Positions 14,167 through 28,559 of a stretch of DNA of 64,000 nt are shown here, piece by piece. Numbering within the stretch: position 1 is the first letter of the stretch; each line of letters opens with the position of its first letter. The stretch spans positions 96,906,001 through 96,970,000 of the forward strand of contig JBITNC010000001.1 in NCBI GenBank assembly GCA_050084985.1. The letters run 5' to 3'. A program made the translations under genes and the position numbers. The notes below the pieces were generated by a model. It made no database searches and was not told the origin of the DNA. It was given only the letters and a program-made list of their open reading frames with translations. The stretch is from Nageia nagi (lineage: Eukaryota > Plantae > Pinophyta).

Positions 14167-14950
14167 CCTTGGATATACCTAATAAAGGTATGTCTCATGA
14201 TTATATTAATGAAAAATAGTCTATTTGAAGTTGCTTAGATTGATTGTTTTAAGTACATTAAGAAATACAAGCAATGCCAAGAAAATGCTAGATTACAATC
14301 CTCTCCTTCTCATTAGTTGAATGTGATTATTTTCCCATAGCTATTTTCTATATGGGTGCTTGATTTTGTTTGAGTAATAAATCCACATTATAGAGAGGAT
14401 ATTAAGTTCATTATCACAATCATAGAATATAAAATTCCCATTGAAATATTCCAAGGGTAGAAAAATATTTTTTTCTTGATAACATCATAAGCAAATTTAA
14501 GGTCCCATCTAGGCTCTTCATAGAAAATGAGGAAAAATTTAGAATAAATTAGGTAAATTAATTTTATAAGAAGTTTAATATTGAGAGTAATTTCATATTA
14601 TCCCTAAGAAAATGGATAAGAGAAAACCACTAATAAAAAAATGTTATTATCTTTAGTAAAATGATGGAGAAGCATGGAAAGGATGAACATCATTAACGAC
14701 CATATGTATCTGGGCATATATGATGAGTATAAGGATGGTAACAAGTGTTACTCCATTCTTCCTTGTGTATAGAGATGACTAAAGTATTAGAGAAAGAAAA
14801 CAAGATCAATTTGAGCCTAGTTAGATTGGTCATTATATTATTATGGTAAAGTATAATTTGGTACATTCAAATTGGTAAAAAATAAAGGAAAATAGTTGAA
14901 GAATTATTTTAATATTATGAATCTTAAAAGATTATATGAATAGCACATCC
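14167..14950 (+). pseudogene. pol: Continuation of the Tat/Ogre pol: integrase remnant
   Basis: DCFKYIKKYKQCQENA (zinc-binding region), decayed WGLD and KFIIT motifs, and a TGVTPFxLVY-like segment near 14740-14770. Confidence 0.7.
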
Positions 14951-16261
14951 TTACAAATCTTTTTAGTTATTTTCTAACAATCTCGATCTCCTATTTTTTA
15001 TGTCAGTTTTAGCAGGAGGATAGTTGTTTAATTTTTTTAGAAGTCTAAGTAGGTCATTTCCTTTAGTTCTTATGCACTTTCATACCACTTTTGGGGATAT
15101 TTTCAATTTTTTTAAGCTTTCATATATTTCTATGGTCTATAATAATTTTATATGCTCTTCATTTTATGATCACAAAAAATTTAAAATATATATATATAGT
15201 ACCTTAAGAAAGAGGCTTCTTGTGATTTTAAGAAATGGTTTTTGGACTTATTTGATTCATCCCATTCTATGGGAATAAGATAAGGTCATCTAGATATACA
15301 AACTACTTTTTTGATATTTAGATGAAATTTTAAAAGAACAATAACTTAGAGAAGGTACATCATATTTACATTTCCAAGAGATCATTTTCACTCTCAAGTT
15401 TAGCAGGATTGATGTTGAAGATTTATGGTATATTAATAAATTATTCATTTAAATTAAGTAGGTCATTTCCATATGTATGTTTATTTGTACCTTATGTGTA
15501 TATTTGAGGTTAATTTCATTTTTCAAGATTCAATTTTATATTTCAATAAGAAAACACAAAGTTCAAGTAGTTTTGTAAATTTTGAAAGTAGTCCCCTTTG
15601 GTAATTGGAAAATTAAGTATCTAGTTCTAACACTTTCAATCATGGATGTATGTTGATTTATTTAAGAAGATATAACTTTGTAGCCATCCCATTTGGTACT
15701 TGGGGTAAAATAGTACTTAGTTTCTAGCATTTTAAATCATGGAGGTGTGTTTATTTATTTAAAAAGGCATGATTTGGGAGAAAACACCTTTTGATGCTTG
15801 GTATATTAAGTACCCAATTTTAGCATTTTCATCATGGAGGTGTTTTCAGATTTTAAAAAGTTAAGTTGAGATTTCATTGATTACATATAGGTTTTATTTT
15901 CCTATTGTGATATTTAAGAAGATTTATTATATTATGTTTATCTTTTGTATAACAAATATGATTTTATAGTAAGGGTTTATATATATGTGTGTGTGTAGTC
16001 ATTTTTTCTATATTTTTGTAGGTTTTATTTCCTTGTTCCTTCCATTCTAAAATAACTCCATTTCAACCACAAAGATAGATATGGGGCATGATATGATCTA
16101 GAGGCATATGATGACACATTATGGTATCCAATGCACTATGAAAATGATAGACTACTAAATACATTTAGGAAACCCAACTTATTATCATGAACATGGAAGT
16201 ATTGTTATTTTTTATTTTAAATTTTTCTTTGAATTATGTCTTGATTCTTCACAACATATTC

Positions 16262-16330
16262 AAAGGAGGGGAATCTATTAACAAATAAATTTAAATTTTA
16301 TTTAATTAAAATCATATTTAGGTATCTATG
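16262..16330 (+). other. Probable PPT and start of the 3' LTR of the Tat element
   Basis: aaaggaggggaatc followed by tattaac (decayed TGTTGAC) at 16276; LTR end not resolved. Confidence 0.45.
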
Positions 16331-18857
16331 TTAAATAAGTAATTTAACTAATTTATTGGTATATTGATGTATATTTATTGATTAAAGAGAATTTCACTCC
16401 TTTCTATCCTTTATTGTTATAGGTCCAAGGAGCACTAGCCAAGTAACTTAATTGATGGTGGAAAAGTTCATCTATAAAGGGAGGAAGGGTTATTCTTTAA
16501 TATATCATAACATAACATTCACCTTGATAGAGAACCAATATAATCTATCCTTGCTATTCTTCAACACCACCAATCAATTCTAGATTTGTGTCTTAATTAC
16601 TTACTATATTCAATATTTCATAATATTGTAGGATACATCTAACATCTTATTATGCATGTGATTTTTAAGGCTCTATGTTTGGTATAGTATACATTGATAC
16701 ACTATAAGGCATAGAAACTCCATATTTGTAGAGTATTTATAGTTTAAATTTAGAATGAATCATCCTAGGCCTGTTCATCTTAGATCAAATTTATGATCTA
16801 TCTAGAATAAGTTAATGATATATTTGTAGTATATTAACATTTCATATTTGATTATGTCTAGGGCATAGAGGAATTAGTTCTTATATGATGCAATTATTAA
16901 GTCCTTAGCCACTTATTTCATTATTTCATGGTATTATTTATTAATATTATTAATTGAGTAAAATCAATTTTTAGAATTAATAATAATGTTTATAGAAAGT
17001 CAACTAATGAGTATTATTTTTCATTGGGATTAGGTGTGCTATCATGGTGTAGAAAGAAACAACTCACCATTTATCTTTCTAAGTTATTGATACTGAGTAT
17101 AAAAGTTCCACTAGTTCTTGTCCAGAAGCCATTTAACTTAAAATATTATAATATGAAATATGATTTGCTAGTGATATTATGATTTTTTAATCAATCATTT
17201 GTTTCATTAGCTAGAAATCTATTTGTGTTAAAGGATTAAACACAAAGAAATACAAGCATATTTTATTGTAAAAAAAGATGTTAGATAGAAAAATTAAGTT
17301 AAATTAGTTTAGTTGAATTAAATTTTATTCACCATAAAGGAAAAATAAGATAAAAAAAATTCATATAAAAAAGTTTCATAAAGGGGGAAAAATCTTTATG
17401 TAATCTTTGGATATTTTATAATTAATGATACATATTGAAATTATCACAATCATAGTTAAAATGAACTACAATCATTTTCATCATATATACCAACCATCCC
17501 ATAAATAATACATGATACCAATGAGTTTACAAGATATATACATAATATGAAAAACTTTATTGATCCAAGTGTGTCATACATCCATCATACATGCCATCCA
17601 CAAAACAAATGTAAAATTAAATAACACCCTTCCATAATGTTCATAAGTTATACTCCCTCTATCATTCACTATTAATAATTCTCACATAACCATTAATATG
17701 GTGGCCTCTCATAATCCTACATCAAAACAAATCATGGTATATTTAAGCCTAGTACTCCTTAACATATGGCATCTTTAATGTCCATAACTTTCTCATAAAT
17801 CATATGGCAAAAGTAAAATACTAAACCTTCCCATTTTTTAAACACTCCTTGTTTCATTTTTCCCCCCCTCATTTACTCTTGTAAAACACCATAATTCTCA
17901 TTATTCTCCTTTGGATTCTTAATTATAATATTTATCAATTGATTTATTGTTATTTTCCTTTTCTTTACCTACCAAATCATCACTTGAGGGTATGATAACA
18001 CATTATAAGTTTACCCTATACATGAAAACCTAATCATGCAACAAATTATTTAAAAGGATATTGCATAAGACTATCCTCAAGCCTCCTTTCTTGGATAAAA
18101 GAAAAAATTACCCTACTAATACATTTAGTATATTTCATAAAAACATTTCATGATTTTTTTAAGTCTACATGTAATTAATGTGTCAAAAAGCTAATCCCAC
18201 AAATCAAATTAAACATTGCAAAATGTGGCTACATATCTCTAACTAGTTTTGTTAAATAAATAAAATGTTCAAAAATCTTTATCAAATGTAAGATTTAAAA
18301 AATTCTTAAATGGATAATCTAGTGTTGTTCTTGATACAATACAATTATGATTCTCCCCTTGAATATCATTATCATATCTTTAATATCGTAATCAAAACCC
18401 ATTAGTTATTATAAATTATCCATAATCAAAATCATACTCAAAAATGATAATTATCATATCTTATCTTCACAAAATATAATACAAAAAGGGACAAATGTAA
18501 ATACTATCAAATCATATTCATTTCAAAAATCATGATTAACATTAAATAGATCATAACTAATGTTAAAAAGCCTTGATTCCTCAATTTATCATAGGGTTAT
18601 GAATAAGAAATTTTGGTGAACTAAAATAAATAAAATAGTGGCCAGTTGATTTCAAAATTTTGGTGATTTAATCCCAAACTATTATAGAAGTAATGGTGAT
18701 ATTTTAAATTTTTAAGAACTGTGATGTACAAAAATGGTGATATTTTTGATAAATATATTTGTAAGAGGAGAATATGAACATGCTTGAATTGTGAATGAAG
18801 ATGATTGACTTGTTATTGAATATGCATGACTTGTTACTAAATTTACAGCTTGCTCAA

Positions 18858-19253
18858 ACTTAATTTTAGTCATTTATACCAAACATGAACTTTAAATGAT
18901 GAAATAACTTCACCATTAGATATATATCATTGATTACATGCAAAATGAGTGGTCACATGATCCCCTTTGGATCAAAATTGATCTCTATAAGACACTTGGC
19001 ATATTTTCCTTTGAAGATGCACCTCTACTTTGACAAAGTAATCACTCTTCAGTTATGCAGACAAGCGATTGCATTATCATAGTAGATGTGCATCTTCATA
19101 GGTAATATGTTGAGCATATTATAAATCTCAATTTTGATCCAAAGAGGGTCATGTGGCCACTTGTTTCACATGTACTCGATGAGATCTATCTAATGGTGAA
19201 GTTATTCCATCATATAGATATCAAGTTTGGTCTAAATTGCTAAAAATTGAAGT
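18858..19253. repeat. ~400-bp imperfect inverted repeat (foldback), arms ~190 bp
   Basis: ataacttcaccattagat/atctaatggtgaagttat, ctttggatcaaaattga/tcaattttgatccaaag and gaagatgcac/gtgcatcttc converge on ~19055. Confidence 0.9.
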
Positions 19254-19274
19254 GTTTACTAAAATAAGTCTAGC

Positions 19275-19510
19275 ATATATTGGGAGAAATTAAGCATTTG
19301 TAGGGAGAAGTTGAGCATATGCAAGGAGAAGTTGAGCATCTATAGAGAGAAGTCAAGAATTTGGAGGGAGAAGTTGAGTGTCTATAGGGAGAATTCAAGC
19401 ATCTGTAGGGAGAATTCGAGCATCTGCAAGGAGAAGTCAAGCATCTATAATAGAGAAGTTGAGTGTCTATAATGGAGAGAAGAGCATCTCAAGAGAGAAT
19501 TCAAGCATAT
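19275..19510. repeat. ~22-bp minisatellite, ~10 copies
   Basis: Unit close to ggagaagttgagcatctgtagg. Confidence 0.85.
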
Positions 19511-20266
19511 TATGGAGCATTCACATCTTTCAAATCTATATTTTTTTCTTGGAGGATTTGGTACCAGGTGGTAATTTCCTTAAGCAGAAAAAACAAAAAG
19601 AACTATAAAATATAGGTGACTAGGTATGAATTTGGTAGAGGTATACTTAGCTAATTTATATAAAATATGCATCAAAGTATATAAAATTTTTTCTAGCCTA
19701 CCAAGAAAAAAAATAAGCCTGACAAAACTAGGCTACCAAGGGTCAGGCCAATGGGCCCAAAAATAGCAAATTAAAAATTAAAAATCTTTAAAATCATGAT
19801 TTTGCTATAAATCATCACTATGCATTTCCCTAATTTATCACTAGCATTAAATTAATTAATTTAGCATCCTAAAATACCATCCTAAGCATCTAATACCTAT
19901 CACTAACTAATCGTTCAATCCCTCATACCCAACTTGTCCTAGCCTTTGGTCCCCATATGATTATCCTCTAAGGCTAAATTCTACATTTAATTTCAACTAC
20001 TAACTACATTATTCACATAAACCTGATAACAAGGCTCTCCACCTCACCCCATACACATAAGGGCACATGACCCACCTCCCCAAATGGCTCTTAAATGATC
20101 CCAAGGAGACTTCACACTTGACTCCACCTCTCCCCATGAAAAGAAATGGATCATTCATGCCTCTTAAATAGATATGATCAATTGTATCCTCCTACTTTAT
20201 ATATACTCACTCCTGCTCTTCCATCCATGCAAATTTCCCACTTGCATATACATTAAGGAAGGTGCA

Positions 20267-23200
20267 TGTAATGTTACTCCAATTTTCACCAACTAAAACC
20301 TCTAAATTTAAAACCTTTTTTTTTTATTCATTGGCTTCTCAAGGTTTTCTATTTACAACATATATCCCACATGGTTTACATTTTTATATATTATCAACTT
20401 TATTTAGTCTTCATGATTTCTTTCTAAGCATAAGGGTTCATTCACCAGGCATTCCTATCCTTGCTTGCAAGTGGATACTCTTGATGATCATACCCTTGTT
20501 TTATTTGGACTTATTTACTATATCCTTAATCTTAATAAGGTGTACTTTTTATTTTATAAAGGTTTAATATTGCTAGTTTAAGTGTAAATCAATGTTCAAG
20601 ATAAATTATGATTTAGATCCCATAACAATCCCAAGCATCCCTCATTATTTCCCAGAGTATTTATACCATTGTACTCCTAAGGGTTCCTAAAGTTTTCCAA
20701 ATGATCCTAAATTTAGGTCCTTAAGACTAATATGGGATCCTTTTCTAAAACATTGGAATGATATTGGATTTATTTATGGTTCTTATTTATTATTGATCCT
20801 TAAGATCGATGTACAAACAATTGAGACACATTCATTTGTTCCCTATAAATTTAATTAATCGATTTCTATAACTTACAAATAAATAAAATCCATAATCCAC
20901 TTTGGGTTTCATATGTGAGTTCATGTACTTAGGTGGCATTTGTTTTACCCTATTTCCCCACTTTATTCATTAATAGACTATGTAACCCATAAACTCATTA
21001 AATCTCAAAGTTAACAATTCATTCATTAAGAAGGTCGTTTCTAATTATAATTATAATTAGGTTTTATCCTTTAAAATTTTATCATTAATATCTTGACCTT
21101 ATTATCTAAAAACTCTATATTTATCAATCCCATTTATTCCCATTGGGTTCCATTTGTACCCATTTTGATCCCAACATGAAATTTCCCAAATGATCATAGA
21201 TTATTGTTTGGAACCTTCAGAGTTCAAATTTAGGATTGTTTCTAAGTTTTTGGGATATTTTTTGGATTTTATTGAAATTAATAACCTAAACAATCTACTT
21301 CTTTATAATTCTTAGTAAAATCATCTACTTAAATTGATGTATACTATCCACTACTGATCATGAAATAACAACTATTAATTCCTACTCCTATTCATGTAAT
21401 CATAGCATCAAACCATCATAATATTATCCTCAATAAAAAAGGACAACTTATTAATCATTTATATGGTAAAACCAATTCATTTAAATACAACTCATCTACT
21501 TTCCATTTACCATATTCTCATGATATAAATACAAATCAACCTTTAATGAATTAATATAATACAACCCATTTAATTATTAATGGGATATTTTTGACAAATC
21601 ATACTATTTCATATCCAATGAGTTTAAAATTCAAATTTTTTCATGTCATATGGTTTTGACCATTGTATCAATTATCAAACATCTCCATTGATCTTCATGT
21701 CACGAGCATCGAACATCTCCTTGGAACTTGGTGGGTGGATTGAGTACTAGGAGGGAGGAGGATCAGGACAACCCTTTTTAAACTAGACCATTATGTAAAT
21801 GAATTTAACTATAGACCTCAGGAGAAATTATCTCCTTTCCTTGGTCAATGTATTTATTTACCTTATAATTAATCCATCTTAGTTAATTAAATCATTCACA
21901 ATAAGGTCTTGGATAACTTAATACTTAATTAATTAATTGGTACTATTTAAATTATTTTACTAAACATTATACCAATATCCTAATCTCAAAACCATAGTTT
22001 ATTTACTACAAGATTCTAAAGAGTTCTTGAATTACTTATTTAAAAATATTAAACATACTTATCACCTCATTAGATACTAATTTAGTTTAATTGACAAACT
22101 TCGATAATAATAATAAAATATATTTTTATTACTTCATTTTTCTCCACTTTCATATGGATTTAATAATATTTATTTACTAAACATTATATTAGGACTTTAA
22201 TAAAATTTTTGTCAAAATAAATTTATTAATCTCTAGCTAAGGCATAAGGAAAAATATTTGACTAGTCTCCTTAAAATATCATAAGATACATAATATAATT
22301 TGTACATGAAATTTTCTACCCCTACATCTAAATAAAAACAAAAGAACATCCCACTCCTTTATTTTTTAAAGAAAATGACACGGTACCAACCTTTGAATAA
22401 AATAAACACTATGTATCTTCAAAGGTTACAACATTTCAATCAATAATTAATGAAACTTTATGATTATAATAAACATCATATTAGGAATTTAATAAAATTT
22501 ATGTCATTTCTTAAAATTTAGCTAAAAGCATAAGGATAAATATTTGACTATTCTTTTCAAAATATCATAATATAATTTATACATAAAATTTTCCACTCCT
22601 ACATCTAAATAAAAAGAGAATAACAAAAGAAAATTCCACTCTATTTTTTTAAAGAAAATGACATGGTACCAACTTTTAAATGAAATGACCATTATGTCTT
22701 TTTAAATGCTACAACACTTCAATCAATAATTAATTATATGAAACTTTATCAAATATTATAATAAACATCATATTAAGAATTTAATATAATTTATGTCAAA
22801 ATAAATTTATTAAATTCTAACTAAAGGCATAAGGAAGAATATTTAACTAGTCTCTTTAAAATATCATAATACAATTTGTACATGAAATTTTTTTCACCCA
22901 TATATCTAAATAAAAATAATAATAACAAAAAAAATCCCACTCCTTTACTTTTTAAAGAAAATGACATGGTAACAATCTATAAATAAAAGAACCATTATGT
23001 CTCTACAAATGGTTCAACACTTCTAACAACCACTAATTCTATGAAGCTTTACCAAATATTATGATAAATATCATATTAATTATTTCAAAATAAGACTAAC
23101 TTAAAAAAAAAAAGTAAAATAATACACCTTGACTTGAAGAGGAAAGAGAGGCTTCTTTTCTTCATGTAACTTTGCACTCAGCTTGAGAATAACCAAAACA

Positions 23201-24115
23201 AAATAAAAATAACAAGAGATAGATAAGTAGTTGTTGTTGGTATTTTTCTAATGCTCTAATCTTTTTTTTTATAGCTAAAAGGTCTCAAATGTGTCCAAAT
23301 GGATGTCTCTTCACACCTTCAATAATTTTTGGTTAGATTTGCTTAAAGTTGGAGATGATGGTAATGGCATTTAATACTTTGGAATCTTTTTCACTAGTTG
23401 ACAAGTTAGTGCCAACTCCTATCTACACCTAACACAAAAATACAAAATTAAGTAAGATCATTACTCTATTATTTTTTTATCTATTAAATATCATGTCATA
23501 CCACAAGGATACTTTAGTCTCTATCTAATAGTGTTTTTACTATTAGCCCTATGTGGTAATAATATGGACACTTATTTTCAACTTTTACCCCATTAAATTT
23601 ATTTTTATAACCTTATAATAATTTTTAAATTTAACTAAAGTTATATCCCCTTTTTCCTTCCATTTCAAAATTTAAATTTCAAAAATACCAAATAAGGGAA
23701 AACACATCTTTACCTGCGATGGTCACCTCGTTCTGTAGACTAAGGTTAATCCACACATTTTCGTAAACATATTTACATCAAGAAATAAACAATCACAATA
23801 ATTATTTTACATGCATCTACATGATTTATGATGGTCATAGGGTGTGTCATCAATTCAATACCAATCATTTCCTCCTCTTACCCTTCTGTTCCCGTTACCA
23901 ATTCACCTTTGGTTCATTGGATCTTCAATTTCTCCTTTCATCTTATAGTAATTTGTTACTTGCATCATAAAATATCAAATCTAGCATTAACTCAATACAA
24001 ATAATACATATTTCCAATTAAAATTGATCATCACATAGCAATAATTTAAACATAGTTCCATGCACATCCTTGATGGTGTTCAAATTCGACTAGTACCATT
24101 GGGTGGGTCATTACA
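20267..24115. mobile_element. Solo LTR of 3849 bp (gypsy-like)
   Basis: Inverted termini TGTAATG...CATTACA; TSD GTGCA (20262-20266) / GTGCC (24116-24120); no coding remnants recognised. Confidence 0.8.
22170..23080. repeat. Three ~290-300-bp tandem units inside the solo LTR
   Basis: ggcataagga.aaatatttgacta...aaagaaaatgacatggtaccaac recurs near 22240, 22527 and 22825. Confidence 0.85.
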
Positions 24116-25074
24116 GTGCCACAACATGAGTGGGGCTATTAAATATTTTTAGTTATCCCTAAGATTAACTTAGGTATAAAATAAGCTAAAATTAAAATTT
24201 AATGATATATAATAATAGTAAAATAATAATAATAATAATCATAGGTATATAAAGATGTGTAAATATAAATACTTATATTATTGAAACATATATATTAAAT
24301 ATTTAACCAATAATATTAAGAAATATATTTAGAAATATAAGTACCTATCACCTTACCTTAGTGACCAAAGTAATATACAGATCAAAATTTATCGATGATA
24401 TGTATCTCATAATTATAAACACTATTACAATCTAATGGTTTAGCATTGTGAAGGATGTCAAACTTTTTTATTTTTTTGTTTTGATGATAATGGCATTGTT
24501 TTACATCATATGATACCAAAAATTTTGTTTGGATATTTTTCAACACTATTCAATGCTAATAACAACACTAAGTTTGATTCTAATATTGACTCTATGTATG
24601 ACTCTAATATCAACTATGTTTTCAAATCTATAACTAATGCTAAAAGGGATGATGATGCTAACCCAAAAACTAACTCTATTTATGACTCTATATACAACAT
24701 TATAATCAATGTGTGCCTTGATTCTAAATAATATATTTAAATAAATACACCATCTCATAATTTTGCAATCATTCCAACATGATTTCATCATAATTTGCAT
24801 CAACTTATGATGGCATCATGGTGTATAGAGTTTAGTTTCCTACTTTATTGGTAGTGGGTATTACTATGACTCCATATTTAGGACCAACCTTTATAGAATT
24901 AGGAGCTTTATGGAAAATAATTCTCTCAATTATGTAGGAATGTTTAATCTCTATGCATAATAATTCACTCCATTTTTTCACAAGCCAAAACTACCCATGC
25001 CCATTTTCATACCCATCTATGCATCTATACCAATTCTCTATCCTACATATTTTCTCCACCACCACCACTCTACA

Positions 25075-25372
25075 ATCCCAAATCCTAACTCCTTCACCCT
25101 TATCCTTGGCCCAAGCCCTAAGACAAAATGGTAACCTCTTCACCCTTAACCCCAAATCCTAACCCCTTCACCCTTAACCCTAAATGCTCACCCCTTCACC
25201 CTTAACCTCAAATGCTAACCCTTAATAATCCCAAACCCTAACCCCTTCACCCTTAACCCCAAATCCTAACCCCTTAACACAAAACCTTAACCCTTTCATA
25301 CTTATTTCCAAACCCTAACCCCTAAACCCTTAACCCTTAAATCTAAATATAACCCTAAACCCATAACCCTAA
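25075..25372. repeat. Degenerate telomere-like tract (CCCTAA/CCCTAAA variants)
   Basis: Runs of accctaac, aaaccct and cccttaac. Confidence 0.8.
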
Positions 25373-25418
25373 ATAATCACACATTGTTTTCTTATAAATT
25401 CTATACAATAACTCAACT

Positions 25419-28346
25419 AAGGCATTTTGTCAAGAATTATCATTCCATAATATATATTAATGCTAAAGGAGAATAACTAGTTTCTTATATTATTTTTTAT
25501 ATTATGTAAAAAGAAAGTGAAATAATGTATACTACCCATTCAACTGATGATGCCAATTCTACTACAAATATGACTATGTTTCCAAATAAGGATAAATATT
25601 TTAAGTGCTTCAAATAGGGTATTGGACATTTCTATAGGAAACTATGGCATATTTTATGAGAAATAGGTATTTCAAAATGTCCATATGAGTGTCAAATCTA
25701 GTAACCCCTTCACCCTTAACAACAAACCCTAATGTAACTCCTAAACCCTAAACTCTTAACCCTTAAATGTAAACCCTAACAAAGGTATTTTTTCTAATAT
25801 TATCATTCCATAATTGATTTCATTAATATGAAAGGATAACAACTAGCTTCTTATGTTATTTTTGATATTATGAAAAAGGAAAGTGAAACCATATCTACTA
25901 CCATTCAATAAATGATACCAATTCTACTGTAAATATGACTATGATACAAAACTAAGGATAAATATTGTAGTGCATCGATAGGAATTAGGTATTATTGTAG
26001 GAAATTATGGCATATATGAGAAATAGGTATTTTTGAATACCCATATGAGTCTTAAATCTAACCTCTTTCCCCTTAACCCCAAAACCTAAACCCTAAACCC
26101 TTAACCTAAAAACCTAAACCCTAAACCTAAACCCTTAACCCTTAAATGTAAACCCTAATCAAGGTATTTTATCTAGGATTATCATTCCATAATCAACATT
26201 AATGCTAAAGGAGAAGAACTAGTTTCTTATATTATTTTTTACATTATAGAAAAGAAAATTGAAACTGTGTCCACTACCCATGCAATAAATGATGCTAATT
26301 CTACTACAAATATGACTATGTTGCCAAATAAGGATAAATATTTTTAGTGCTTCAACTACGGCATTAGGTGTTGTTGTAGGAAACTATGGCATGTATGAGA
26401 AACATGTATTTTGAAATATCAAAATGAGTTTCAACCCTAGTAACCCCTAAACCCCTTCAACCTTAACACCAAACCCAACCCTAACACCTAAACCCTAAAC
26501 TCGTAACTCTTAAATGTAAACCCTAACTAAGGCATTCTATCTAAGATTATCATTCCACAATCGTTGTCATTAATTCTAAAGGATAAGAAAAAAAATATTA
26601 TATTATTTCTAAAAAATATGAATATGTTTCCAAACAAGCATAAATGTTTTTAGTTCTTCGACTAGGGCATTGAGCATTGCTATAGGAAACTATGGTATGT
26701 ATGAGAAATAGGTATTTCAAAATTTCCATATGATTTTTGATCTTAGTAACCCCTAAACCCTTTCACCTTTAACACCAAACTTGACCCTAACCCTAAACAT
26801 ACTATTAACCCTTAAATGTAAACCCTAACCAAGGTATTTTGTCCAAGATTATCATTCTACAATCAATGTCATTAATAGAAAAGGAGGAGAACAAGTTTTT
26901 TATATTATTTTTGACATTATGGAAAAGGAAAGTGGAACTATGTATACTACCCATTCAACAAATGATACCAATTTTGCTACAAATATGACTATGTTGCTAA
27001 GAAAGGATAAATGCTTTTGGTGCTTAAACTAGGATATTAGGTGTTGTAGGAAACTATGGTATGTATGAGAAACAAGTATTTTAGAATATCCATATTAATG
27101 TCAATCTTAACCCCTAAACCCCTTCACCCTTAACCCCAAACCCTAACCCCTTAACCCCTAAATGTAAACCCTAACGAAGGCATTTTGTCCAAGATTATCA
27201 TTCCACAATCGACATTAATGCTAAAGTAGAAGAATGAGTTTCTTATGTTATTTCCAACAATATGTAAAAGGAAAGTGAAACCATGTCTACTACCCATGCA
27301 TTAAATGATGTCAATTATACTACAAATATGACTATATTTCCAAATAAGAATAAATATTTTTAGTGCTTTAGCAATGGCATTATTGTAGGAAATAATGGCA
27401 TGTATGATAAATGGGTATTTTAGAATATCAAAATGAGTATCAAGCCTAGTAACCTCTAAACCCCTTCACCCTTAACACCAAATATGACCCTAACCCCTAA
27501 AATCTTAATTATTATATGTAAACCCTAACCAAGGTATTTTGTCTAAGATTATCATTCCACAATCAATGCCATTAATGCTAAAGGATATGAACTAGTCTCT
27601 TATGTTATTTCTTATATTATGGAAAAGTAAAGTGAAACCATGTCTAATACCCATTCAACAAGTTATGCCAATTCTACTACAAATATTATTATGTTTCCAA
27701 ACAAGGATAAATATTGTTAGTGCTTTAACTAGGGCATTAGGCATTGTTGTATGAAATATGGCATGCATGAGAAATAGGTATTTTAGAATGTCTATATAAG
27801 TGTCAACCCTAGTAACCCCTTCACCCTTTACACCAAAATCAACCCTAACCCCTCAACCCTAAACTTTTAACCCTTAAACCTAAACCCTAACCAAGGAATT
27901 TTATTCAATATTATCATTCACAATCGATGTCATTAAAGCAAAAGGAGAAGAACTAATTTCTTATGTTATTTTTGATATTATGGAAAAGGAAAGTGAAACC
28001 ATATCTACTACTCATTCAATAAATGATGCAATTCTACTACAAATATAGCTATTTTGCCAAATAAGGATAAATATTTTTGGTGCTTTGACTAGGGTATTGG
28101 GTGTGGTTGTAGGAAACTATGGCATGTGTGAGAAATAGGTATTTTAGATTATCCATATGAGTTTTGACCCTAACCCTTAACCCTTAAACATAAACCCTAA
28201 CCAAGGCATTTTATCTAGTATTATCATTCCATAATTGACATTAATGCTAAAGGAGAACTAGTTTCTAATGTTATTTTTGACATTATGGAAAAGGAAAGTG
28301 AAACCATTTTTGCTACACATTCAATAATTATGCCAATTCTACTGCA
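25419..28346. repeat. Satellite of 8 full monomers plus 1 partial (302-379 bp); each has a ~285-bp core plus a telomere-like tract
   Basis: Monomer starts (aagg[ct]att) at 25419, 25782, 26161, 26529, 26831, 27177, 27531, 27893 and 28203. Confidence 0.95.
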
Positions 28347-28559
28347 TTCTATAAAAATATAAATTAAAATATTAAATACTTCCACTTCACTTTATTAGTT
28401 AATAAATAAGATCATTTATAGTATGTTTTACTCTAGGATCACAATTAAGAACAAACCAAATTTTTCCATCTAAAATATCTAAGATGAAAAATACTTGATG
28501 ACAATTTTGTGCTAAAATATATGGCTCTTTCCCTATAGCTAAATATCATGTGAAGTCAA

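Noticed and set aside
17399-24143. Larger LTR (TGTAAT...ggggctattaaa) hosting the hairpin and the 20267 solo LTR
   Set aside because: LTR-like texture, but no TSD and an uncertain left end.
24420-24432. CACTATTACAA as a CACTA terminal inverted repeat
   Set aside because: Plausible, but the only partner seen (TTGTAATAGTAG at 32381) is imperfect, similarity does not extend inward, and no 3-bp TSD was found.
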